The position numbers were made by a program, and so were the translations under genes. The notes under the pieces were generated by a model. That model saw only the letters and a list, made by a program, of their open reading frames with translations, did not search any database and had not been told where the DNA came from. Positions 1 through 12,000 of a DNA stretch of 64,000 nt are shown here, one piece after another; position 1 is the first letter of the stretch, and every line of letters begins with the position of its first letter. The DNA lies in the NCBI GenBank assembly GCA_951406725.2, contig OX597816.1:110918001-110982000 (forward strand). Direction: 5' to 3'. This stretch comes from Octopus vulgaris. Taxonomy: Eukaryota.

Positions 1-409
1 TCTATTCCCGGTGAGTGCTATTTATCTATTTCCATTATTTACGTGTATTAGTATTTGATAGTATACATATAAGGAATTTAGCATTGCACCTCTAACATGT
101 GGTATAATGACGTTACTATCTACTTCTAACATTTGATATTTAGAGTATTTATAAATATATATCAATATATTCTTTTCCCCATCTGTGCCGTGATATAAGT
201 TCTAACTCAGCATCTGATAAACATTACATCTACCTCATCCCCAGAACCATAAAATGCTAAAATATTCATTCCAAAATTTCGACTCAAAATGCCAGTTTTC
301 AAAAAGCTAGGACTCTTTTCCCCGTTTTCTATCTACACTAACCCAGATTGCAGGTGTCATATTTATGAACGCGCGCGGGCACGTATATGTAAACACACAG
401 ACGCGCGCG

Positions 410-462
<53 letters not shown>

Positions 463-553
463 AGACTTACATATTTATACATATATATACATATATATAT
501 ATTTACATATTTATACATATCTACATATACATACTTGCACGCACACATGTATG

Positions 554-584
<31 letters not shown>

Positions 585-2242
585 TTGTCTGTAGAACCGC
601 ATACATTTTAGTACGTTTTTTAAATATCTAAATGTATCACATTCTTTAGAATTTAACCGGGATAAAATTTATGACCGATTCTTTTGTCTGTACACGAACA
701 TGATTATGTGTATGTCCGCGGATTATCAGCAAGGGAAAAGCATCAGACTAAACAATATTTGGTTACATTTCTTAAGATTATAATATCAATTCATGCTGGA
801 ATGAGCTTTCTTATCCATCCATATGGAGCCGATAAAAAAAATTACCAATGGATAGTGAGACTAATATAATAAAAGTTCCCAGTCCATTAAGCCTTGGTGG
901 TGCTTCGCTAGTTTCATTAATTCATATATCTCTCTTCGTTGGTTCTTAGCAATCTTATATCGCAATCAAATCGCAGTACAGCTGTTTTGTCCTTCTATGT
1001 GTCTTACGTGTAGTATTTTATCTTGGCTCCATTATGGCTGTAGCTCTGTACATGTGACTATATATATATAATATACGTGTCTAAATACCCGAGGCATGTT
1101 CCATAAATCATGAGAGCTCATTGTGATCATACAGTAAATTTTCGATGAATAATGGTGCGGTTAATTTGAAATTCAAAATATACAGGATTGTGTAATGTGA
1201 GAACATATGGGAATGAAATCAATTTCCTCAGGAAATGGGTCTTAGAATAAATAACTACATATAATGTTTGGTGTGTGCGTCACCAATTACACATCATATA
1301 AGCATATATATATATATATGCACGTGTATGTATGTAATCACAGACATATATACATGCACATGTACATATACGTGTGTGTATATCTATGTGTGTGTATGTA
1401 TGTATTTGTATGTTACATATATATAAACATGTATATTTAAGCGTATATACACAATACACACACAGTCTTACACAGACACACACAAACACACACACACAGG
1501 CAGACAGACAGACAGACATACACACACACACGCACACATACACGCATATATATATATATATGATGCATGCATGCATGCATAAAGAATCATACATTGCACA
1601 CATACAATCGAGGTACGAACGAAGATGAATAGAATGATGTCAGAGAGAGGATAAGTGGCAAGAAAATGGAGAAAGTTTGTAGGATTGGACAACGGCACAT
1701 TTATTAGGTTCACAAGGCTCATTTGAGTAAAGCTGAGAGCATCCAACTAATTCAGGAAGTCAGTCTATTATTATGTTAACAGATGAGCCGGAAAGAGAAG
1801 TAACAAAACGAAGTGCCTGCAAGGATTAAAGATTTTCATTAAGTGACGTTGTAATGACCAGGCATAGGGCTTCGTTTGAAGATTAACTTCAGTTAATTGA
1901 ATCCTATAATTTGTGTTCGTATGTGTAAATGTGACAGGATTATGTATAGTTGTTTGTGTGCATGTGAATATGCGTGCGTATATGTGTGCGTGTGCGTGTA
2001 CATGTGTGTATAAGTGTGTGAGTGTGTATCAGATTATGTCCCTTCATTTGTGCGTTTGTGAATGGTTGCAGGCGTGCTAAACATTGAATATATTCTAGCA
2101 TTTATATTTGTATTTTTGTTCTTTAGATAATGCTCTATGTACCACATACTGTTGTTCGATTAAATGAATTGTCTCTTTCACTCTCTTTCACTGACTCTCT
2201 CCCACTGACTCTCTCTCTCTCTCTCTCTCTCTTCCACTTTGA

Positions 2243-2314
<72 letters not shown>

Positions 2315-2379
2315 TTATGCATGTATGTGCGTATATATATATTTTATATCTATACATACATACATATATATATATTCAG

Positions 2380-2413
<34 letters not shown>

Positions 2414-2489
2414 CCCAGTCCCAGTCACATTACTTGCCGAAGTGCCATATAAATATTTGTTTTTAAGGGTGGCATAATTCTGAAAAAGA

Positions 2490-2780
2490 TATAGGGATTA
2501 GTTTTAAAGACGTCATGGAGAACGTCTTAATTTATTACAAGGATCCAAAATACTACCACATAATGGGGGAAATGCTGGCAAAGCTCGATACCTTGGGTTG
2601 GAAAATGAGCTTTAAATTTAATTTTACACATGCCCATTTAGATTTTTTCCGGAAATTCTTGGGGATGTGAATAAATAGCACGAGGAAATTATTCAAGATA
2701 TAAATAAGATGGAAAGAAGATATCAAGGAAGATCGAATATCAACATAATGGCCGCTTAGTGTTGGATGTTGCATCATCAG
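2490..2780 (+). mobile_element. Chapaev (CMC)-type transposase C-terminal relic
   Basis: Manual translation gives SFKDVMENVL..KDPKY..MGEML..LGWKMSFKFNFTHAHLDFF / (frameshift) PEILGDV..HEE..QDINKMERRYQGR.NINIMAA*CWML. This matches the recalled Chapaev3 motif MSLKxHFLHSHLDxFPENLGxVSxExGERFHQDIxxMExRYQGxW..MMADYCW. Contains stops and frameshifts. Confidence 0.8.
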
Positions 2781-4094
2781 TGTCCATCAAATACTCACAA
2801 ACGAAAGAGTTCCAAGCGTAGTTTCCAAGACAAAAAGAAAGGATTTTTAAGAACTGAACCTAAAAATTTAATCGAACCCTTGAGAAACCTATTTCTTCAG
2901 CTTTTACTTGTCTTCGTGCACTTTTATTTTATTAAATGAATTACGAACTTCATTTTGTCGCACAATATATGGATTTACCTACATGTTGTGGTATATTTTC
3001 CCATTAAATTCTGAGAAAATGGGAAACAGATTTCGAATTAGCACTACATATATTAAGTAATATGCAATTGTCAATGCTATTTTCAAAACGTTCCATTTCG
3101 CTGAACTGTGTTATCTGCACTAGCTTCCATACGACAACAAAAGCAAGTTTGTCTTTCTTATGTCTGATAGTAACAGACATTAAAAGAATGTTGATAATGT
3201 GATACACTTTGAAATGTTTCATAGCTATCTTTGAAGATTTATTACAATGAAGGCTATCAATGTACAATAGAGTACTCCTTATAATAAATACTACTTTTAG
3301 CAATGCAGCACCTGGACTCTCTTCACACCTGGCTTTTTTTTTTTTTTAAGAATGCATTCCTCTCTCATACCCGGTATTTTGGGTGGTGGGGTTGCCTTAT
3401 TCATTAGAACAGAAAATTTTCAATTGAATTGCTGCATGTATCTGACGAAAAAGACACTGGATGGATATGGAAATTTGACAATGTCACGAAAGAGGCAGCC
3501 AGTGCTTCTTTTGAAACAGTTGTATCACTCGATTACTTTTTACATTCTTTTTTATTTACAAATTTGATTGCACCATTTTGTGCGTGTTTGTGTGTTTATG
3601 TGTGGGGGCGTATGTGCGTGAGCGCGTGTGTGTTAATACATACACACCCACACACAAATAAATTTATATTGAGAGAGAGTGTGAAAGGGATGATGTGTGT
3701 ATATGTATGTTTATTAACACACATTTCCTATTTTTTTAACCAAGTGATTTAAACGGTGTACAATAATTTGCTTACGATGCAAACGTATTTTAACTTGAGA
3801 TTAAAACTTTTAGATAGTGTTTTTAAATAAGTCAGTTTTTATATCATAATTTTAGGAGTTAAATTCACTTTATTTTTCGTATTCGTCTTTCATGCGTAAA
3901 TACGTCTGGCTTGTAGCCTGTAAGTGTGCTTCGTTTGTTTACCATGTTTCTTTCGCAAGCAAACATTTTCAAATTTAGTTCACGGTAAAGATCGTTTCAA
4001 TTTATGTAGAATACAGTTATTTTTAGAGGAGGGTGTAGAGTTAGTAAAAACAAGCGATAAATCAAAATAGGGTACTACCTGCGCGTATAATATA

Positions 4095-4215
4095 CTTTTC
4101 TACTCTAGGCAGAAGGCCCAAAAGTTTAGATCGAACCAAGTACGCGACTGGTACTTCATTTATCGATCCCGAAGGGATGAAAAGCAAAGTCGATCTCGGC
4201 GAAGTTTCTACTCAC
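4095..4215 (-). mobile_element. tRNA-derived SINE fragment (family A, MetaSINE/MESC-like central domain)
   Basis: Contains ctggtacttcatttatcgatcccgaagggatgaaaagcaaagtcgatctcggc, shared with copies at 11441, 17580, 34790, 38560 and 48185. Confidence 0.75.
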
Positions 4216-6001
4216 GTATAATATAGTGGAATATACCATAAGAAGACAAAAAAATCAAGCAGGGAAAGAGTAACACCGTAAGCATTAAAGAAAATATGGA
4301 ATATCGGGAGCGACAAGAAACAATACAAATGCATAACCTCAATGATGATCAGAAGATGGTAATATTTTGAAATTTTGAGAAACATTCTCTCTTAACTGTA
4401 TTTTAACTTGATAGAAAGAACGAGAAGTTTATAAAGTTTGTGTCAATATGATTACGTTAGTAGTTCCATATGTTATGCGCTGCGTAAAGTAAATCTAATT
4501 ACAACTAATTAAGGAGTGAGGACATTTATTATTAGTCAATGGCTTATGTTAATTATTCCAGTGATTATGTAAGACATGTCTGGACATGCCTCGATCTTCG
4601 TTTAGACTTCATGTTAGTTGCTATAGTAGTGAAGCGATGCACTATATAATATGGGATAAACTTTTATTCGCCTTAATAATTCCAAAATTAGTTATGTAAA
4701 ATCATTCTTCATATACCGCTTCGGACATTAAAATGTTCAATAACAGACACCCATGTAGGGAAGGAAGCACCTTACATGTTTAGGCGAAGTTTTCTTTTTC
4801 TGAATGTCTGCAATCGCTTCACGTACTTGCCGAATAATTTAAATAATATATGCATTTGTCTACGATAGTGCTGGGATGGATTGTCAGTGTGGATAATATT
4901 GTAGTCTGTACAGGCAGCAGGGATTAAACATCGTGCTCTTGAGAATGGACTCCGCTGCCAATGCCTTCAAGTTAAATAAGAGGGCGTACCTGTGATGAAA
5001 ATAATGACAGTTCATTCAAACTGTTGATGGGTATTGCGGGTTGTCCGAATATAAGCAGTCTCATTCGAAGGCAGAGTTGGCAACAGTGGGTTCAAAGTGA
5101 GTGCGGAAGGACCTTGTCAATGAAACATCATTCAATATTAGGAAAGTCACGAAATGGTCACAAAATCACCAAATAAGATGGGTCAGGGAAGTCGAGTTTT
5201 CCCTATCCTTGCACCTTCCTGTCCCAAATTATCTGGTATCGAATGGAGCATCACTGACAGAACAGGAAGAATGAACAATGTTACGGTTGCCATCAGATGT
5301 ACGTGTTTTTCATGAATTTTCAAGTTACTGGCTGCAGACAACCCAGATATACCGACTTAGGTTTTCCTGCTCCATACTCAAAGTCAGTTTACACCGCCGC
5401 CTGTATAAACAACAGCTACATCCATGCTGACAATCCAAACTAGCATATGAAATGTTATTCCAGTACCACCATATATGGTCCATGCCTTGTAAGTGTGAGA
5501 GTTTCCTCTAGCTCTCGACCACAAACTCGCTCTGCTATGTGTACTAGCAAATGCAATAGAATATATAAAACCATACCGCAATTTCCAGACATAGCATCAA
5601 CAGCAGCTTACCGACAGCCTGTCCGTCCGCGCACACTTAAGACAAAGAAAATAAACGATATCCTTTCAGGCCAAAAATGTTATATGACCTTTGTTACCAC
5701 TAGAGACCCAATAACTGGAGACAATTTTGCATCTATTCCATATGCTGTTACTGTATCTCGACATAGAAGTCCGACGATTTAGGTCATTGCGGCGAACCAT
5801 CAAAACTATTAGGTTGTCAAGTATGAAATTTGACCGCTGCTCATTTTGCGCCATTATTATATTGTGACAATCTTTATTTTTTGTTAGAAAGCTGACAAAT
5901 TTATTTCTTTATTATAACTCATTTTGCGCTTTATAAAGTATTTATAAACTGTTTTTTGCTATTGTTGCTTAAAGAAAGATAAGTCGGAAATTCGTACAGT
6001 T

Positions 6002-6818
6002 TTGAAATATGAGTTCTTTCTTGGAAATACAGCATCACTGACAGCTCGAAATATGAATGAAGTATTTCATTCTAATGCTATTACACAGAAGACAGTCTCA
6101 AATCGGTTTGCAAAATTTCGTTCTGGTAACTTTGACCTCACAAATGAGAAACGCTGTCGACCAGAAACAATGGTGGATAATGACGAACTGAAATCCACTG
6201 TGGAGTCAGATCCATCTCAAAGTGCCCGTGAATTATCGTTGTTGTTTAGAGTTTGCAAGCAAACAATATTGACTCACCTAGTTCAGATTGGTAAAGAGAA
6301 AAAGTTGGATAAGTGGGTTCCACATGAACTCAATGAAAATCAGAAACAGGAACGTTTGGAAGCCTGGATTATGCTACTTTCTCGTCACAAAAATGAATAA
6401 TTTGTAATCGAATTGTAAACAATCATGGCCGAAGTATACTGAGGCCAACTGGACCAAATGATGCAGAAACTTACAAAAAAACAGCCTAGATTAATGAGTA
6501 GATCCACTCCTATTTTATTAGAAGTCGACACACACATCGCAAAAATGACATTGGTGAAACAACAGCAGATGGATTTGGAAGTCTCCCTCATCCACCATAC
6601 TCACCTAATCTTGCTCCCACTGACTATGACTACAACTCCTTCCAGAATTTGGATAACTTTTTGATAGGAAACAAATTTAATTTCGACGATGATGTAAAAC
6701 TGGCCATCCAAGATTTTATTGACTCTAGATTGCCAGGCTTTTACAGTTCCGAGATGGACAAGTTACCGCTGAAATGGCAAAAGTGTATTGACAATATGGG
6801 TACATACTTTGATGAATA
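6002..6818 (+). pseudogene. mariner transposase pseudogene
   Basis: HTH region ..KKLDKWVPHELNENQKQER.., stop at 6398. The segment between CNRIV and TIMAEVY, including the first catalytic Asp, is deleted. C-terminus reads PPYSPNLAPTDY...KWQKCIDNMGTYFDE*. Confidence 0.88.
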
Positions 6819-6844
6819 AAACTATTTCTTATATTTATGAAACA

Positions 6845-7645
6845 CTAGCAGTATAACCCGGTCTTGCCCAGGATTAAGTTACGATTATTAAGCTAATCGA
6901 GTTCTTTATTTCAAACCAAACTAAGTAATATAGACGTCAAATTTGGGCGAAACCCGTTGAAATTAGTTATATTGTATATATATATATTATATTATATATA
7001 TTATATATATATATATAATATAATATAAATATATATGGGCAACAGACACGAACACACATACACACACGTACGTACGTAAATCTATTGCATGTTTTGTGCA
7101 CGCATACATGTTCATAAACAGAAATGAATGGAGAAAATGTTGCTAAATTTGTAGATTAACACTCGCACGATTTTCACTAAAGTATATATACTATGATTAT
7201 AAAATATTGTGTCTTTCAAAGACAAAAACAAAACATTTTACATTTTATTTTTTATGAACGTCATAATTTAATCTCTCTGTCTCTCCCTCTCTCACTTTGT
7301 CCTTCCCGTGAAACTCTCTGCCTCCTTCTTCCACTTTTCTTTATCTTCTTTTTTGTTAGACGCTGGCAAAAAGCTAAGGCTGTTTATGAACGTTGTCATT
7401 TACTCTCTGTCTCTCCCTCTCTCACTTTGTCTTTCCTGTGAAACTCTATGCCTCCTTCTTCCACTTTTCTTTATCTTATTGTTTTTGTTAAACGCCACGG
7501 GTGTCTCGTGGAAAACATAAGTTGACAAAACCCAGATAGGATGTTGACAAATGTCCTCCCAAAATTGGAGCGACATGCGTGCTAATTTGTGGACGTGCAT
7601 AAATTGCAATCACGTAAACACACATCCTCCCTTTTATAGATATGA
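6845..7645 (-). mobile_element. non-autonomous Helitron (801 bp)
   Basis: Minus strand begins TCATATCTATAAAAG and ends with a GC-rich imperfect hairpin (CCTGGGCAAGACCGGG), 8 nt, then CTAG. Inserted between A and T with no TSD. Removing it rejoins the mariner 3' UTR. Internal ~130-bp tandem duplication at 7251-7497. Confidence 0.8.
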
Positions 7646-8498
7646 TTAGCAAATTCTTTTTCTCAATACAAATTTCATACTTTACAACCTAATAGGAAAT
7701 TTGCCTGGGGCTGAGGCAAAGCACACACAAGTACAGATAAAAGCATACATACATGCATACAAGCTGTTGTCTCTAGCCAGCAGTTGTCCAGCACGGACGA
7801 CGGGAGATTATGCAGAAGCCATTGGTTTGGTGGTACTACTAGTGGCTAGGAGGAAGTAGTATGCTCCCTTGCTCACAGTATATTACAGACACAGATTGTG
7901 TGTCGATAACAAGTTGGAAAATATGTTTCCCTGGGATTAAAAGGTAGTAACATGGTCTTACGCAGGAATGCCACCTTATGATGACAACAGATTTTACTAT
8001 ATATATGTGTGTGTGTGTATGTGTGTGTGTTTGTGTGTGTATGTATACATATAGATATACGTATATGCGTGTGCATGAGCGTGTGTGTGAATGGTTTTTG
8101 TGAGTGCTTCCACTTCATAGCTACATTGTTCCCTACTTTCTATTCATTTTAGAAAGCCATAAAATTTGTAGCATTTATATCATATGCCTGACAGTATATT
8201 TTATAAATATTTGATACAGTCGCATAAAATATGTATTACAGTTGAAGTACATTTGTATTTTCGTTTCGCTGCGCGTAATTTGTGGGACATCTGAGACAAA
8301 ATTCTTTATATTTTTCATTGAAGGAAGTAAAGTTTGAAATGTATCTTTATCATTACTTTGTTAATTTAGCTAAAAGTACTATTATAACTTAATATCTCTG
8401 TTTATGAATGTACACCTCCACATCTTTTTTTATGTTATAATTAAAAACATTTTACATTAAATTGATGCATTACTCAATACATTTGAGAGAGTACAGAT

Positions 8499-8639
8499 TT
8501 ATTATTCTGTAACAAGAAAAGTATTGACAGCGATTTCGAAGTTTCAGCCTGCTAAGCCATCACCGAACTATCCGATGTTGGCTTAGCTAACCTAAACTTC
8601 GAAGTTACTGTTAACAATAGTCTTGTCAAAGAATAATAT
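8499..8639. repeat. imperfect palindrome of two back-to-back hammerhead-like PLE terminal-repeat fragments
   Basis: Arms ~8499-8575 and ~8582-8639 are reverse complements. Both match the repeat at 61079-61147. Confidence 0.7.
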
Positions 8640-9776
8640 ACACACAGATAGCTATAAATAAGTAACAGCAGAGATACAAGTGACAAACATATTTGATTAG
8701 AATGGATTTACCAGAATAGTGTATATTTGATTAGAACAGAGAAATTAAGGGGTTAGTAGATTTTTTTGGCGGAAGTAATAATTGATTCCAGTGATCTAAT
8801 TATCTATACTTCTAACAAGAGAGGAGGGCGAGGCTCCAAGGTTTAAATTTATTTATTAAGGAGTTGTTTAATGTCTACTGGTCAGTGGTAATAAAAGGAA
8901 TATCATTGGGCTGGTACTTAGGTGCAAAGTTCGATATTTACTTAACATTGTTTTGTGTGTATATTATTCCAACCTAATGAGGTGTCTCAATTTAAGTACA
9001 TAATTAAACTGAATCTTATATACAGATAGATAGAGTGGTTGATACACATGCATAATTATATAAGTGTACGTATGTATGCAGTTGTGTGTGGACAGGTGAA
9101 TGCATTTAGATGCATAGAAATTCACAGTTTTGTATCTCATAATTCAATGTTGAAACTTTGAATTATACGATTTTGCTTGTGTTTACCCTCGCACATACTC
9201 ATAGAAGCATATAACAGTGATTAAGAAAACCATTATGTTGCAGTTATGTACAGATTACGCAAAAACATGAATTTTGAGACCTTTAGTGATGTTGATATGC
9301 CGTATGAAAATATCCCTAAGTATGGAGATTCGGAATCCCTGTTAGCTGATTTAATGTCCAATATGGTGTGACGGCATAAATATCGCATATCTACGAAGAA
9401 TAGATTAAATATAGTTACAGTTATCTATGCACGTGTTACTTTTTCATTTGAAGTAGTTTGTCGGTAGGCTTGCTTTACTCTAATTAATTATCAATATCGG
9501 CAGCGTAATTCTTGTTTGTGTCAAAGCATTCTGCTTCCCCATTGTATAATAACTATCATTGTTAATTACGACATTATTTTAGGCAATTAACCTTTTGTGC
9601 GCTTATTAATTCCTTGTGAACGCAATTTATAATCTACGTTGGTCACAACATCTTATGTGCATGCGTACTATCGGGCAGTTTACAAGAAATACTGGTAAGC
9701 ATGTGTAATTCAGTGTACAGCGAATGTCAGGCGTCGTATTTTGCGTTTCGCTGTAATACGTGGATACAGCTACATT

Positions 9777-9883
9777 CATGAAATATCAATTCAAGGATAA
9801 TTTTGTTTTCCGTTCACACCGGCTGTTGTCTTTTGTTCCCGTACTTTCCCTCAGATTATTCTAGTTTAGCCTTCTATGTTGGC

Positions 9884-9915
<32 letters not shown>

Positions 9916-10053
9916 ATGTTAGCCAACATATATATATATAATATTAGCCAACATAAAAGGCTAAGCTAGAATAATCTGAGGGAAAGTACGGGAACAAAAG
10001 ACAACAGCCGGTGTGAACGGAAAACAAAATTATCCTTGAATTGATATTTCATG
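9777..10053. repeat. near-perfect inverted repeat (~115-bp arms) around (TA)n
   Basis: 9777-9892 is the reverse complement of ~9938-10053 with only 2-3 differences. The spacer is (TA)n plus a partial extra copy of ttagccaacata. Confidence 0.9.
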
Positions 10054-11440
10054 CGTGGGGACGGCTGTTTAGTGCAAACAAAATGTGCTTTTTTTTACCT
10101 AGATGGCTTCTATGAAAGAAAAAATGGTGTATCAGCGAGCTTGAGTTCACGTATATTGCTACATATACGCACACATCTAAAATCATGACCATCACCATAA
10201 TCAGCAGCAGCATGTCGCCGTCGTTACAGCCATTGTAATCATCATCATCGCCCTCGTCACCATGACCACCTTCGTAATCATCCTCATCATCGTGGTTCCA
10301 TTGATGGTGGTGTTTTGTGATGTTCTTAGTGGTACTGAAATTATGTATCTATATGAAAACCATAGACCTAGGATTTTCTTGATAATGTTCTATGCTGTAA
10401 CAAAACGTTTTAATATAAAAATATCATAGATATGGGGCCTTTTGTATCTCAGCCCACTTTCTTCCCTCTCAATCTCCCTCTCCTTTGATCCTTTTCTTCC
10501 CTACCTATCTCTCTCTCTCTCTCTCTCCCTCTCTCCTCCTGCGAATTCAGTTTACATATAAGTGTACTATACTTGTAAGATGAGTTGGTGTATATGTATA
10601 CGTAAATAGGGAACAGCTTCTCTTTCGGGCATATATGCAGAACATTTCTATGTTCAAGTTTGAGCTACTCATATCAAAAACTAATAAGGCAAGATATGAA
10701 AATGCTCAATAAAGATGATCAAACATAAACGTAATTTCATTAACGTAGGGACCTCCATCACTTTCTCTTTCACTCTCACTCTTTCATTTTCAGTTCTCCC
10801 TTCTCTCTATCTACCTATCTACCTATGTCTCCCACTCTTACACACTCATATAAATGCACAGCTCATATAATTGTTGATTATGTTTAACATACATGGCTGT
10901 ATTTTATGTAAGGAATAAATAATGTTTGATGCAGAAGTCTGTACAAAATCTAGATTGTGTGTCTATATAGACACACACACGCATACAGACATACATACAT
11001 GCAGATACGGAAAAATCTGCATGTATGCATATACGCATATATGTATGACATTATTCAGTTCTATTTCCAGATTTCTAGCTTTGTATGTATGCATGTATGT
11101 ATCAGAAAGGGTGAAGTGTTTACGTATTAGATTCACCGTGTGTCTCCCGTGACCGAATCCCCATATAGAAGACACACTGTCCCTATATAGTAAACATATC
11201 AACGCAGGATTAAAAAAAGTATATAATGGTAAGCTCTAAGTTTCGTTTTTCCTTCTACGTATGTATCTGTGAGTCAATTTCAGATTTCTGTTTAAATTCT
11301 TAGTTAAGGCGGCGCGAGAGGCAGTATGTACAGGTTGGTATTGAAAACTTGCATGCAAGCAAACGGAAAGATCATTTTTCTTTATCTTGTTTTAAATTAG
11401 ATTATACTATAATTGTGTTCTAATTTTTCGATATACTTTA

Positions 11441-11652
11441 GACGGAAAGCTAGCAGAATCGTTCGCATGGCGAGCAAAAGTCTTTGCAGCATTTCGTCTG
11501 TCTTTACGTTCTGGATTCAAATACCGCCAAGGCCGACCTTGTCTTCCATCATTCCGGAGTCGATAAAATAAGTACCAGTTCAACACTGGGGTCGATGTAA
11601 TCGACGCAGCCCCTCCCTCGAAACTACTGGCTTTGTCCCAAAATTTGAAATC
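11441..11652 (+). mobile_element. tRNA-derived SINE (family A)
   Basis: Box A-like agctagcagaatcg, box B-like ggattcaaatacc, central ccatcattccggagtcgataaaataagtaccag. Confidence 0.8.
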
Positions 11653-11659
11653 GTTATAG

Positions 11660-12000
11660 ACACACCTTGTATATCAACCCCACTTCAGCATATATCTGAA
11701 ACATAAACTGAAGAAATTTTATAAAAGAACACGAAGCAAACACTACCTCGACAAAACAGGAAGTTTAAAATCCTTCTATACTAACCAAATTACTTATAGA
11801 GCAATGACCACCTAGAGAGAAACATATAAACATTCAACCTTTACTCAAACAATTTTGTGAACATCAAGGAACATGCAAAAAATTGTAAATACTAACAACG
11901 CTATGACATGCCTGACAAATAACCTCAACCTTACAAATGAAAACAGGAAATACACTAAATAACAACTACAACAAGTAAAGACAGAACCTACAATATTTTA
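11660..12000 (+). mobile_element. Penelope-like element relic (RT-to-GIY-YIG linker region)
   Basis: Translates as VYQPHFSIYLKHKLKKFY..KHY..GSLKSFYTNQITYRAMTT, resembling the PLE motif WFNPPFS..KF...KHF..L.KIFN..ISYSCM. Similar at nucleotide level to 61700-61870 (-). Confidence 0.45.

Larger units (their letters stand above)
5809..7692 (+). mobile_element. mariner transposon, internally deleted and interrupted by a Helitron
   Basis: 24-bp TIRs ttaggttgtcaagtatgaaatttg (5809-5832) and caaatttcatactttacaacctaa (7669-7692), 23/24 identical, each flanked by TA. Transposase relic 6002-6818 has WVPHEL and HPPYSPNLAPTDY motifs. Confidence 0.9.

Noticed and set aside
289-2477. Many ORFs rich in Y/I/H/T/V/C, here and throughout the window
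   Set aside because: They are translations of (TA)n, (CA)n and (TATG)n microsatellites.
7251-7497. Spaced direct repeats suggestive of an array or CRISPR
   Set aside because: Only two ~130-bp units, inside a Helitron, in eukaryotic context with no cas genes.
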